A stretch of 54,845 nucleotides of DNA, taken from the NCBI GenBank assembly GCA_001938485.1, contig MQRK01207426.1, positions 26,183 to 81,027 of the forward strand, in the 5' to 3' direction. Numbering within the stretch: position 1 is the stretch's first letter; every line of letters starts with the position of its first letter. The notes beneath the pieces were generated by a model. It ran no database searches. It saw only the letters and a program-made list of their open reading frames with translations, and was not told the DNA's origin. This stretch comes from Girardia tigrina. Its lineage: Eukaryota. Below are positions 12,069-24,429 of the stretch, one piece after another. The position numbers were made by a program, and so were the translations under genes.

Positions 12069-13630
12069 TTCTATTATATTTAAAATGTTACTTCTAAATT
12101 ATAAAATTTTAAAACACCAAAAAGAGGTAAACACAAAAAACAAAACATCCAAAAGATAAAAAAATCTGATATATAAATGTCGACCCATTAATAATTTATC
12201 GAACCGACTCTCGATATTAATAAAGAGAATAGTGACAATAGATCATCGAAAAGCTGGTTAAATTCAGTTGGGTCTTAGTGCCAGTCACACTGAACCAAAT
12301 TTACCTATTGAAATTTCTCTTGGAAAAAATGGTTCAATCAAAACTCTCTCGTTACCTTTGCTAAACCAAAATCATTATCGAGTAAATTCAGTCGACAAGG
12401 TCAAGTCAATCAACTCTACAGAATAACAAATATGCATTCGAATATTAACATTATCGACAATAAAAACAGTTATAAAAAGAAATGTTTTACAATTGTTTTA
12501 CAATTATCGTGTATTAATTTTTCTAATTTAAAAGGTCTTCAAGTTTTAGCAGTGGATTTGACGTCCATTAGTTCGATTAATATGTAAAACTTTAAAATTA
12601 TATGGACATGATTTTTATTACTTAATCAATTGCAATTTGAATTTTATATGAAGATTTAAAAAAATTTAATAAAAAAGATAAATTAAAAAAATTATTATGA
12701 AAAATAGAAATTAAAGAAAATCTTTTAAAGAACTAATTGTAAAAATTCGCGTTGTTTAAACGCAATAAGTAAAATTGAAATTTGTTTGAAGAATTTGCAA
12801 AGATTGAGATTTGTAATGGTACCTGACTTGATGTCACATTATTAAAAAGAAAAATTGATTGTTGTGAATTTAATTTGTACGAAATTTATCTTAAATCTGG
12901 ACATTTTTGAATTGTAATTCATGATTAATTTTTCGTTAAATTATTCGTGAATAAATATTATTAAATTATCGATTGTTAAAATGGTTTTTGATACAATTTT
13001 CGGAGAAATATTTTAAATGCTCTCGATAAATATTTATCCATTTCTGGGCGTACTGGACAATTTCGGCGTTATATTGGCCATAAGATTGTTATTACTTGAA
13101 CAAGTCGCAGAGAAATAATTACTGGACGACATCGGTCCCGGTGGGAGGATTCGAGCCGAAGGAAATCATATCAAAAAAAGATAAAGACGAATCGAAATTC
13201 GTTAATTACATTAAGAGAGAAAAGGAAGGCGAGTTTAATGAAATCCAGAAATGCGTGAGATTCCAGAGTGATGTCGAAAATGAGAACCTGCGAATGATCA
13301 TCGCGAATGGGATTTGTTCTGGAAGCTTGATACCGTTTAGCTTCCTCCCACTACTCAAGGACACTCCCCCAGCGCTACAGTACCGCACCTCTGGTACTGC
13401 ACACATCCTGCTAAAACCAACATCACAGAATATATTCATTGGGTGTTTTGCCTTATGGGTATTTCGGTATTTGTAGGGATGTATTAAAATGTGTCAATCT
13501 ATTAGTGTTTCGCGAACTCTGAAAATATTCGATTCACTATAGAGAAGCAAAATAGATTATTCAGAGATCGAAAAATTGGAGCTTCGTGAATCGTTTGGAG
13601 TGATATTCGATTTTGTTAAAAACTAAAGAC

Positions 13631-13863
13631 AATTCAAGATATAACCAGTGAAATTTCATTTATACTAGACTGTTTATTGATAAAATTTTCTACGTATATT
13701 ATCATATGTAGTTTCATGTAAAAATGTTTCAGATAAAAAAGCATGTTTTAATAATTCAAGATATAACCAGTAAAATTTCATTTATACTAGACTGTTTATT
13801 GATAAAATTTTCCACGTATATTTTATCATATGTAGTTTCAGATAAAAAAGCATGTTTTAATAA
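13631..13863. repeat. Two-copy direct tandem duplication, period 122 bp
   Basis: aattcaagatataaccagt..gcatgttttaata begins at 13631 and 13753; the second copy has a small deletion. Confidence 0.9.
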
Positions 13864-14027
13864 TGAGTGAAAATTAGAGTATTTTGTAAAAAAATGAATG
13901 TGAAAAAGATTTAATTAAAAAAGTTGAGTTATTTTGTTAAAGAAAAAAATTGATGGAAATTGAAGTGAAAATAAAAAGCTGTGTTCATGTTTCTTGTGTT
14001 TTCTTCCGGTTAATTATAAAATTTAAA

Positions 14028-14210
14028 ATGACACAAAGATTATTGAATAAAGTAATGATTATTACCGGTTCCACAGATGAAATTGAGTTTTCAATTGTAA
14101 CAAAATTGTTGAAAGAGGGCTCGAAAGTTCTTATTTGTAGTTCAAAATCGAAAACTGTAAAATATTTTGTGGAAAAGTTGTAAAAAATGTTCGGTTTAAA
14201 TTCACCTAGA
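14028..14210 (+). pseudogene. Short-chain dehydrogenase/reductase (DHRS4-like) N-terminal fragment
   Basis: MTQRLLNKVMIITGSTDEIEFSIVTKLLKEGSKVLICS; Rossmann TGxxxGIG decayed to TGSTDEIE; stop at 14181-14183, LINE debris follows. Confidence 0.65.
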
Positions 14211-14279
14211 GATTTCTTTATCACGCCTACATCATAGAAACTAGATATTATTAATAATCTACTGCATCTTCCTCGTTAT

Positions 14280-14900
14280 TAAAAATCAAAACCATGTATC
14301 AGGTCAGGCGTTTCTTCATCATTTGCCTTTTACGACCACTGATTTAGTGGTTTCAAAAGATTCGAAGGAATTACTTGAGTTTAATATTTTTAAGAGCTAT
14401 GCCTGTACAGTTATTATGACCTCCCTCAGAGGCCGCCCATCACTCAATATCATAACAAACTGCCGGAAAATTGTTGTATTGAATTAATAAAAAGGAGCAC
14501 TATGACTTTGGATCGGTAGTTGCTATTCTTTGAGTTTCCCATATCATATCGTATCCACAGACTAATATCTCTTCTGTAACTTTCACTTGCAGTGAATGCA
14601 TTACCGAAATTTCAGAATTCATTCACTCATTCTAGAATATTCTCTTCCCACTTTGAATTATCAATCAGACCCATGAATTTCGTCTCTGCAACGCAAATTT
14701 TTAATCCAAATACAGATAATGCGTTTCTAAGTACATCCATATTTCTACTGACACGATTAATTTCAGGATCAATTATGCATAAATCCTCCACATATGCTAA
14801 CCTGTTGAATTGTTTATCAGAATCACAGTCATCTTTGAAATTTTATATCATCTTAGAAACCTTTTTATACTGTCGTTTAATTGACCTCATCAAAGACTAA
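14280..14900 (-). mobile_element. Non-LTR retrotransposon RT remnant (RTE/CR1-like)
   Basis: LAYVEDLCII (YADD equivalent)..FGLKICVAETKFM..ENILE*VNEF*NFG. Confidence 0.55.
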
Positions 14901-15299
14901 GTAAAAAATGGGATATCATTACATCTTTATCTTACTTCAGCCCATTCTGAAATCAATCTATCAAACAAAAGCATTTAACCCTTTGAGCCCCGGCGAGCAC
15001 ATTTTCTCGAAAATTACATATATGATAGAGATATATGTGAATAAATGTAAAACAAAGTTAGATTTGAAAAAAATCGACAGCGTACAAAAATATTTTTTTG
15101 AAAATTTAGAAAATTCATGTAAATTTAATATAAATCAATGATGTATCAAAAGGTGTCATAAATCATCATTATCGGTACTTTCTATCATAGTGCAATACAG
15201 TATGATAAATTCTGAAACAGTCTTAAACACGTAAATGTACCCAATTCTGACATTGTTCGGACGTAAATGATGTTTGTTCAGCCATTGCGAGAAAACAAC

Positions 15300-16650
15300 G
15301 TTACTTTTATCAGCGTGGACTCCAGATTCCTCCTACATTTTTTTCGTATAAGTAAAAGAAATTTACGTTTACAAACAAAGTGGTTTGATAAATGGTAGTG
15401 GTTGACCTTTTCTTACGAATTACAAGAGGTTTTTTGAAACTTCTATGTAGTGCTCTCTCATGAATGCACTGGAAAAATAGGAAACCAGCCATTAATGTAC
15501 TTTGTTTTTGAACCCTATCAGCAATGGAAGGATGTAATTGAACATTTCCGAGGACACAAGAGTAAAAATTACCATCAAAATTGTTTCACGAAGGCGCAAT
15601 TCTTTCTAGAAGTCTCTACAAAAGGTAAACTGGATATTATTCACCAAATCGATAAAAGATCCAAAGAACAATTCAAGGAAAACCGCGCACGCTTAAAGCT
15701 GATTATAGAGACAATCTTGTTAGGCTCGCAATATGAATTACCTCTACGAGCAGATATATTACATGTAGATTTAGGCGGAATAATTATGGATAAACCAGCT
15801 AAAATGATGGTGTATTTCTAGGAATATTGCGATTTCTTTTCTGACCCTTCCACCTTTTTATGAAAACTTTATTTCAACGCTCAGAAACAGCATATACACT
15901 AGGCCTCAAGCTCAGAGTGCTATTATTGAGGCCAGAGAAAAATTCACCAGGAAAATAATATGGAAATGGTCAACAAATCTCAATGCTTCTCAATTCTGAC
16001 TGATGAATTCTGAGACTGTTGTGGAACTGGACAACTACATTTTTCATTAAAGTAAGAAATATAGGTACGACTTAGTTTAAGTGTAAATAATTTCTGAATA
16101 ATGTTCCATTTAGGTATGTTCCTGGAGACAACGTGAGAGAAGATTTTCTTGGATTTTTCCCATAGAAGATCTAACGGCTGAGGGAATTATTAACACCAGA
16201 ACCCCTGAACTAATAAAAGCTGGTATTGAGATGAGCTATGTACATGGAAAAGGTTAAGGTGGTACCCGTTTTATGAAAGGATGTGTTGCAGGAGTTCAAA
16301 ATCGAAATCGATATATTTATCCTAAAGCCAATTACGTACATTGCCCAGGAAAAATTTCAACCTGGCTCTCGGTAAAGCATCATATATTTCTATTCCCAGC
16401 AATATGCATGGTATCGTATCCCATGTGTGCAGCTATTTCTTAATCTCTCCAAAAGGAGTCATTATTCTCAAAAGGACATTCTCAGCAGTTTTCATCTATT
16501 ATATTTATATATTTATACTATTGTAGGACGACTGTTTACAGAGCATTTATTGACAACATTGGAAGGCAACTTTGTGAAAGACTCGTTAATTACAAGAATA
16601 TGTTTTCCATATTTTAAGCTATCATTCCTTTGCACAGTCGTAAAGCTATA
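15300..16650 (+). mobile_element. Degenerate hAT transposase (P52rIPK/THAP12-like) with an apparent intron at 16052-16113
   Basis: PYQQWKDVIEHF..YH..LKLIIETILL..ELPLR; FSILTDE..QL..KYV..EDFLGF; YPKANYVHC..FNLAL; many stops and frameshifts. Confidence 0.7.
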
Positions 16651-18110
16651 TTAACGATATTAACTTTGATGAGCTAGGCCAATTATTTGAATCCTCTGTA
16701 AATGAACCACAATTGCAATTTTAGTTATATATTTACTCGGAAAAGGGGGATCAGTGCCTCCCCAAAGACCAGCCAGCGATAACATAGGAAGCATTTCGTC
16801 AATGTGATATCCAATTTTTACAAATATTATGAAACTTCTATAAAATTTCCTCACTCTTCCATTGGCAACTGCTACAACAGAAAGAACATTTTCCGCTCTG
16901 ATCCGAATTAAAATAAATATGAAAAGTACCGTGAACATCAGCCGACTAAGGGGTTTGGTGATGCTGTCAGTGTACTAGGATGTTTTATTCAGTGCTGATG
17001 AAGTTCGGGAAGAATTAGACCAATCCCGACGGCGACTGAACTTTTTAATATAAATTTAGCTCTTATTATCTTTATTTAAATCTTTATTTCTTACAATTTT
17101 TGTAGAATACACCAGTCTCTCTTGCTTCTTGCTAAACAATAAACAAAATGAAAACAATATTTAGCAGGACTACAAGATCCTTATCAGTGTAAGTAAGTGT
17201 ATGTGTGATTTTGAGTTATTATGCGTGTGCATGGTATGTTTACCATTCTTCGATTCGCAGATGTAGCACGTCTCTGAGTGTCTTGTTAGCTCGGCCCACT
17301 TGATAAACAGTTAAGCTTTGAATAGTTTGTGGTAATGACACAAAATTATCATTTTTGATTGAGGACACAGGCGGGAAAAGCGAATGTATATTTTTCTCTG
17401 ATTCAAAATAAACGGAACTCCAAGTAAGCAGAGCCTTTCTTTTTTAAAATTTTCTGCATTTAGATTATGCTAGATTTAATTACTGAGTCAGAGCATTCAT
17501 TCTAGTTCCCATTTCCTTATGATTTCCGTTACCTTGTTTGGCGCTTATCTCGAGTATTACAATCTTACCTGGGTAGGATCTAACATCCATTTCATTCTTT
17601 CATGAATTCTTACGTTGATGAGATGATAAATTTCAGTTTTGAGATAATTTAACTAGTTCTCTAAAACTAGTGACCATTTAAATTTCGTATTCGTATTAAG
17701 TAATTTTGTAACTAATTTATCTGTTCCTTTCAATCTAGATTCAGCTTCCGTTTCCCTTTGCACTAAAAGTACTTCTTTGGCTTCAAAGAATGAAGGTGTC
17801 GTTCTTAAGAGTTAAACTTACGTATACCCTTTCACTGAAAGCTCGCACTCCAACATATGATGTCGTGTGAAAAGATCTAAATACTCTTGTGTATTTTAAA
17901 ATTTCGACCCTATGTAGAGTATTCAATACCCTGTCCGTCAATATAGATTGTGATATTATCCTTAGTTGAGGGAGTCTGACTAAGGTATGTAAAGTATGTT
18001 GAACTTGAGTCACTGTAAGCAAATGTAATAAATAATACATCTTTCTTATTTTTATGAATATTAATTTTAATTGAATGAAGTTTTGTACATAAATTATACA
18101 ATACATCCGT
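16650..18110 (-). mobile_element. Highly decayed Gypsy-like remnant
   Basis: Scattered motifs only: ITIYIDGQ (protease-like), LLNTNTKFKWS (RT/RH connection-like), VVHLQRI (integrase tail-like). Confidence 0.3.
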
Positions 18111-18504
18111 CTAGTAGTTACCTTTAGTTTTTCAACTGATTTCTGTTGCTAAACAACACTAAGGAGAAAAAATAGAAAGAAAGCTAATCTAAAAACAATC
18201 TAAAGTGAATATTCCTCGGATACATAGTAACATAAATAACATTTGCATATTTTTAAAATATCGATAGGAAAATATGTAACGAATTCAATTTGGTATCTAT
18301 GGGGAAGTTTTATTTCAATATGAATATAATTTCCACTAATATAATATATTACGATATTATAGATAAAGTTGTAAAATTTAGTTTATGAAATATAATTCAA
18401 ACGTTTATGAATAAATCTAGGCTATTAAATATGGTAATTATATGCGATTGTTTATATTTTATATTAATAAGTTCAAAAAAAGAATAAAATAAAATTGGAA
18501 CATA

Positions 18505-18760
18505 ATAGGTTGGTCGAAAAATAATGGCGGTTTTTGAGCTTTATACTTTGTTTATCTACTTTGATATGTATATAAGTTTAAATGCATTAGTGTTAGATAT
18601 TATTTGAAATGGTATGCCTAGCTGTATATTCCTATAGCCATTATTAACATATTGCTGTCATTTTTTGGAATATTTACGGTGCTAAATTAATAATGGAAAA
18701 AATTAAAATTCGAGCAATTTTCTTTTGTACGAATTTAAACTGGATCGTGAAGCAGCAGAA
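18505..18760 (+). mobile_element. 5'-only mariner fragment upstream of ferritin 1
   Basis: TA then ataggttggtcgaaaaataatggcggtt (Hsmar1/cecropia-type TIR); MEKIKIRAIF..YEFKLDREAAE; absent at the paralogous site near ferritin 2. Confidence 0.75.
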
Positions 18761-19047
18761 TTTTATTAAAGCAGCATATTATTATTGAAACTTTTTGATT
18801 CATTATTTAAATCGCATTTAAAAATTCCCATCGTAGTTAATTTATGTAACTAAATTCTAACTAAAAAAATAAATAAATACAATATTTTCCATTCGAAATA
18901 TAAAAATGTAGACAATATATATTATTATACAAAACAACCATATGATCTAATAATAGTAATGAATCAAAGTCAATTTTACGATATTTTCGTATAGATATAC
19001 AGAAACAGGATGGCGTGTATATAATTGTATATCACCGTATATGGACA

Positions 19048-19055
19048 TATATAAG
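19048..19055 (+). promoter_or_regulatory. Probable TATA box of ferritin 1 (same motif at 30401-30408 for ferritin 2)
   Basis: tatataag 58 bp upstream of the ATG in both paralogs; weak evidence in AT-rich DNA. Confidence 0.4.
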
Positions 19056-19105
19056 AGCGAATCAGATCTTTATAAAATTATTTATTAATAGCCTAATTAA
19101 TTAAA

Positions 19106-19663
19106 ATGTCATTAGTGAGACAGAATTTTCATGAAGAAAGTGAGAAGGGTATTAATGACCAAATAACAAGAGAACTTCACGCCAGCTATGTTTATCATGC
19201 AATGAGTTCCTTTTTCAATAGAGACGATGTTGCTCTTCCTGGATTCAGTAAATTTTTTAAACATCAATCCGACGAAGAACGAGGTCATGCTGAAAAACTG
19301 ATGAGTTATCAAAATAAACGAGGAGGTCGACTTGTTTTCCATGACATTCCAAAACCCAAATCGACTGAATGGACAGCAGAATCAGCTTTCGTAGATGCTT
19401 TAGCTTTGGAAAAAGAAGTCAACCAAGTAGATATAAGTTACAAATAAGACTTCATTAATAATTGTTATTTTCAGGCTCTATTAGACCTACACAAAATTGC
19501 AGATTCTCACAATGATCCGCAAATGATGGACTTCATCGAAAAAGAATATTTGGAAGAACAAGTGGAATCTATTAAAGAGATTAGCGACCATTTGACAAAT
19601 ATTCGACGAAATGGACCTGGAACAGGAATTTACTTATTCGACAGATTAACGCTGAAAGAATAA
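19106..19663 (+). CDS. FTH1: Ferritin, cytosolic H-type, copy 1, 169 aa; exons 19106-19426 and 19475-19663
   Basis: [40 protein letters not shown]|ALLDLH..DFIE..EEQV..GIYLFD; equivalents of human H-chain ferroxidase ligands E27, E62, H65, E107 and Q141 present; GT-AG 48-bp intron; AATAAA at 19740. Confidence 0.96.
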
Positions 19664-19977
19664 CTTACACGAATTCGTCATGTTTTATAAAAGAATCTTC
19701 AACATTGAAATATTTATGTTCATTTTAATTGTTACATGAAATAAAATTTATTTATAATATCGTTTTAAAATTGTCTCCTATAATTTGTAAACTTTGACCG
19801 TATTACTATTATCAAAAGTATCAATATAAATTTTGTTGTGAAAATCAAAATGTTGTGAATATTATTTATTTAAGCATTTCATCGAAATAATAATAATTAA
19901 AAACCAATATTATCTCGATTGTTTAACACGGAAAATTGATTAATTTGTGTAAATAGATTATTAAAATAAAATAAATA

Positions 19978-20058
19978 CTCCCTCTGTCCCATATTACTAT
20001 ATAGTTATTACTATACAGTAATAATTAATTACTATACAGTAATATGGGACAGAGGGAG
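19978..20058. mobile_element. 81-bp Stowaway-like MITE
   Basis: TA-ctccctctgtcccatattact..agtaatatgggacagagggag-TA; empty site at the paralogous position near 31300. Confidence 0.85.
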
Positions 20059-20199
20059 TATTTTAAATTAAATTTTTCGTTTATAAACTAATAATATCTA
20101 ACTTATTTTATTAATCGATTTAACGTAAACTTTAACTCAAAATACTTCAATTTTTTTGTATAATCAATATTTTATTTATACCATTTTTAATTCAAAAGA

Positions 20200-22640
20200 A
20201 ACGAATTTCGAAGAAAATGACATAATCAAAAAATGTGACTCACCATGGAATTTTCCATTAGTGTGTGTGGAAGAAGGAAAAACAAGATATTCGAGTGTGT
20301 GTAGACTTCCGCTAGTTGAATAGAATTACCGTCAGTCCAGCGTCTCCTATGCCAAATGTAGATGATCTGCTGAACACACTGAATGGTGCGCAATATTTTA
20401 CTACAATTGATCTTGGAAACGCGTATTACCAAGTCGAGTTTGAAGAAGAATCAAAGATTAAAACAGCATTCTCAACAAAGAACGGAAAGTATTGTTTCAA
20501 AAAATACCTTTCCGGATAGCTGCAGCCCCAGCAACTTTCCAAGAACTAATGGTCAAAGTTCTAGGAGATTTGAATTGGAATGAGGCAGTAGTATATTTGG
20601 ACGATATTTTGATTTTTGCAAAAAATAAAGAAAGGCTTATGCAACGAATAAAACATGTAATGGATAAAATAAAGGAAGCAAGTTTAAGAATTATCTCAGA
20701 AAAGTGCTAATTTTAACAGAAAGAACAAAATTTTTAGAATATATTGTCAGCCAAAATGGTTTAGAAACTTATCAAACAAAGATTGAGGCCATTAAAAAAT
20801 TTCCGAACCCATCCTGTTTAAAACATTTGAGAAGTTAATACAGAAAATTTTTAAAAGATTACGCAAAATACTCGAAAGTATTGGAGAGTTTGTGGGGTAA
20901 AAATAAAGTCAAGAAAATAATATGGACTGATGAATGCGAGGACGCTTTTCAAAAATTGAAAGAAAAAATGATTGACACCCCGATACTGGCATATCCAGTT
21001 TCTGAGAAGGAGTTTATACTGGATACGGATGCAAGTTTCGATACAATGAGGGTAGTATTATCTCAGAAGGACAAGATTGAAATAGATATTGATTGCGTAT
21101 GGATCACATAAAATGAACAAACACGAGCTTGGAAGTTGTGTTACAAGGAAAGAGCTTCTGGCAATTTATTATTTTACGCAAAATTTTAAACACTTCTTGT
21201 ACGGTAAAATTTTTTTACTAAGAACTGATAATAAAGCAATTTTTTTATGCTGAATACGAAAAACCCAATAACAATACAATTTCAAACATGGATAAATTTT
21301 TTTAGTAGTCTGGATATGAGAATGGAATATAAAAAAGGCGGAATACACTCAAATGCAGATGCAATGTCGAGAAATTCTTGCGATTTATGTAGTCAGTGTC
21401 AAACTGTGCACAAAGAAGCCAAGAAAGGAAAGATTAAAACACAAATCTTGGCTTCAGACGAAGATTTAAAAGAATTGATACGACAGAAAGATAATGACGA
21501 AATAAATCAGACCAGAGAAGATATTAGAATGGGAAGAACAAAGAAATGGATACTGAAAGACGATATTGTGACAAAAATGGATAAAAAATATTGGATTACG
21601 AAAACCACACGGACAGAATTCGTGCAAGACGTTTACAAGATGTTGTGCCATGCTTTAAATACATGCAGGATAATTTCTACTGGTACTCTATGTACGAAAC
21701 TATACAGCAATGTATAAACCAATGTGTCGTATGTGCAAAGAGGAAAATTGATCAAACAAGAACGAAAGAAACTCTATTGCCCCGAATCAGTAACAATTTC
21801 CTAGATCAAATTGTAGTAGATATCACACACATGGATAAAGTTGCGTCCAACAAAAGATATCTGGTGGTCATTATAGATAGATTCAGTAAATTAGTGAGTT
21901 TAAATGCCGTTTCCAAACAGGATGAGCATACCATATTTAAATGCATTCTGCACAATTGGATTTACAGGTTTGGGAAGCCGTCAAGTATCCTGACGGACAG
22001 GGGAAGACAATTTCAGAACGCATTTATGAGTAGTAGTTTGGGTTAGTTACAAATCAAACAAGAATTCAGCTCGCCCTACCAACACCAATCAAACGGTTTG
22101 GTAGAACGGGTGATTCGAACAGTGAGAGACATGATTGCCACTTCATTAAAATGGAAGTGTACAGAAAAAAATTGGTATGAATTATTGCCACGAATCGAGT
22201 TTAGCTTAAATGCCACCACACAAGATTCAACAAAGTTCTCACCCTTTGAAATTGTTTTCGGACGGAAAGTGAACATCCATTNNNNNNNNNNNNNNNNNNN
22301 NNNNNNNNNNNNNNNNNNNNNNNNNNNNNNNNNNNNNNNNNNNNNNNNNNNNNNNNNNNNNNNNNNNNNNNNNNNNNNNNNNNNNNNNNNNNNNNNNNNN
22401 NNNNNNNNNNNNNNNNNNNNNNNNNNNNNNNNNNNNNNNNNNNNNNNNNNNNNNNNNNNNNNNNNNNNNNNNNNNNNNNNNNNNNNNNNNNNNGCCACAT
22501 CAGGTAGAAATCCAATTTCCACATGATGTGAAAAAGAGACGCATTGAATGGTTGAAACGTTGGACGGGTTTCAAAAGACGGGGAGAGTTATGATATTAAA
22601 TTTAATTTGTTTCAATAATATATAATTTTATAACTGAACG
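20200..22640 (+). mobile_element. 5'-truncated Gypsy pol (RT-RNase H-integrase) with PPT and start of the 3' LTR
   Basis: IDLGNAYYQ, VYLDD, ILDTDAS, HSNADAMSR, CVVC, IIDRFSK, TDRGRQF, SPYQHQSNGLVER; purine tract 22573-22587 then TG at 22591; many frameshifts. Confidence 0.9.
22282..22493. other. Assembly gap (N run)
   Basis: Run of N. Confidence 1.
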
Positions 22641-23092
22641 TGTTTTTGATGTATAATAAACCTATCGTAACTGATGTAAATATAAAATATGAGGATGATG
22701 ATACAGCGCTTCATGTCGTTGTCCGACGAAATCAATTAGAAATTTGTGGATTGTTTCTTCAATATGGAGCAGACGTTAATTCTCTTATAAGTGGAAAAGA
22801 TTCTCCGATTATTATTGCTGTCAATATGGATTTCCCAGACGTTCTTGAACTATTTGTCTGCCGCAAAGAAGCAAATTTATTTATAGGAAACATCGTTGAT
22901 CAAACCACTCTCCTTTTGGCAATACCAGAATCTAAAGTTGAATGTGTTGATATCTTCTTAGATGCAGGCGGATGTCCTCAATCTGTAAGAGAGACTCAAG
23001 ATTTACCATTCCATATTGCTGTCATTAAAGACGATACAAGAATATTGGAACTGTTCTTGAAAAATCTCGGAGATTCAATAATAAACTTTTGA
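22640..23092 (+). pseudogene. Ankyrin-repeat ORF (~4 repeats), probably a fragment
   Basis: DVNIK..DTALHVVV..LFLQYGADVN..SPIIIAV..TTLLLAI..LPFHIAV; no introns; starts next to the LTR stub. Confidence 0.65.
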
Positions 23093-23523
23093 GTAGCAGA
23101 TAACATCTCATTCAAAAGAACCAATCTCATCACAATTAGTGAGCTTTTGTTGTGTTTCATCCCACCACAACCCACCAACCCCCCACCTTCACCATTGCGC
23201 AACTGCCGCGCCAAGCTCGTTTTCGCACCAATACTATTAGAACTCAAAAATTGAATTTAACGTATATAAGCCCAATAATTTGTATCATCCGTAGGGGATC
23301 TTTCATTCGTACACATCGTTCAAATACAGTGGCTTGCAGTTAACTGTTGTGAATCAGCAGTTAACTGTAATTCATACCAATATTTTTATGATTATACTTG
23401 ATTTTGATGATGATATTTTTCTGGATTATTAAATGTAAAAATGAAAAAGTAAGATTTTTATTATATATTTTTTATGTATTTTATATATTCAAAAATATTT
23501 ACAAAAACGTTTTTTTCATCTAT

Positions 23524-24111
23524 TCAGTCACCGGGAATATCTTTTTTCAAGAGACAAACTGATCGCAGAGCAGCAGTTTGAGCGCGGCAGCCTCGCCCAG
23601 AGCTCAACAGGCCGTATTTTGTTCTCGTTTTAGATTCGTGATTTATGCGTGATAAATATATCCTATATAAACATTTAATTTTATAAGCAAACAACACACA
23701 TATTGTTTCTAATGAACAAGAACCGCAGTCAACACAATCTCCAATAAACAATTCTCTATTAATTGATAATTTTTTACACAATAAATATATTACATTTAGA
23801 TATTTAATTTTATAAGTAAACAACACACATACTGTTTCCAATGAATAAGAACCGCATTCAACATAATCCCTAAGAAATAAATATCTGTCAGTTGAAGATT
23901 TTCCACAATTTTGGAATATTATCGTTAATTCATTCCATTCATCATGAATGTCTTCACAATTTTTAATAGGAACTGAAATTTCGTCAATTTCTTTGATACG
24001 CAATCTCTGATCGGGAATTCTTTCATAATTATCTTCGAATGTCTTCATAAAATAATCCATATTAAAAATAAGATCAAATAGCAAAGTTATCTCTTCTTTT
24101 AAATTAGCCAT
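23524..24111 (-). pseudogene. PP1-like PPP Ser/Thr phosphatase derivative with in-frame internal duplication, C-terminally truncated
   Basis: PIKNCEDIHD (GDIHG), YLFLRDYVECG and LFIGDCVDCG (GDYVDRG), SLETICVLFAYKIK, RINHE (RGNHE). Confidence 0.75.
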
Positions 24112-24429
24112 TCAATTTCATTTAATGAATAATTTTCTTTAAATCAATATCTCTTAGTAATTTTTATTTATTCTCAAAATCTCTATATATAATAATGCAT
24201 TCAAACAATGCAACAAATTACATAATTATAATAATACTAACTTTTTTTTTACAAACATAAATACAAAAAATTTTCCAAACTCTAATTTTTCAATTTAATT
24301 ACATTTTCTTTTTTCTTACAAAAAAACTAATTCAACAAAAATACAAATTTTCTAAACTTTCTCAAACTTAAAATTTTTTTTTAATTTTACCTTTTACATT
24401 CTCAAACATCCTCCCCCTCCTGATCACTC

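Noticed and set aside
12268-12426. Short open frame LGLSASHTEPNLP..
   Set aside because: No recognisable domain or convincing gene structure.
13134-13158. tRNA T-arm/B-box-like motifs here (- strand) and at 48886-48896
   Set aside because: No A box or cloverleaf could be built.
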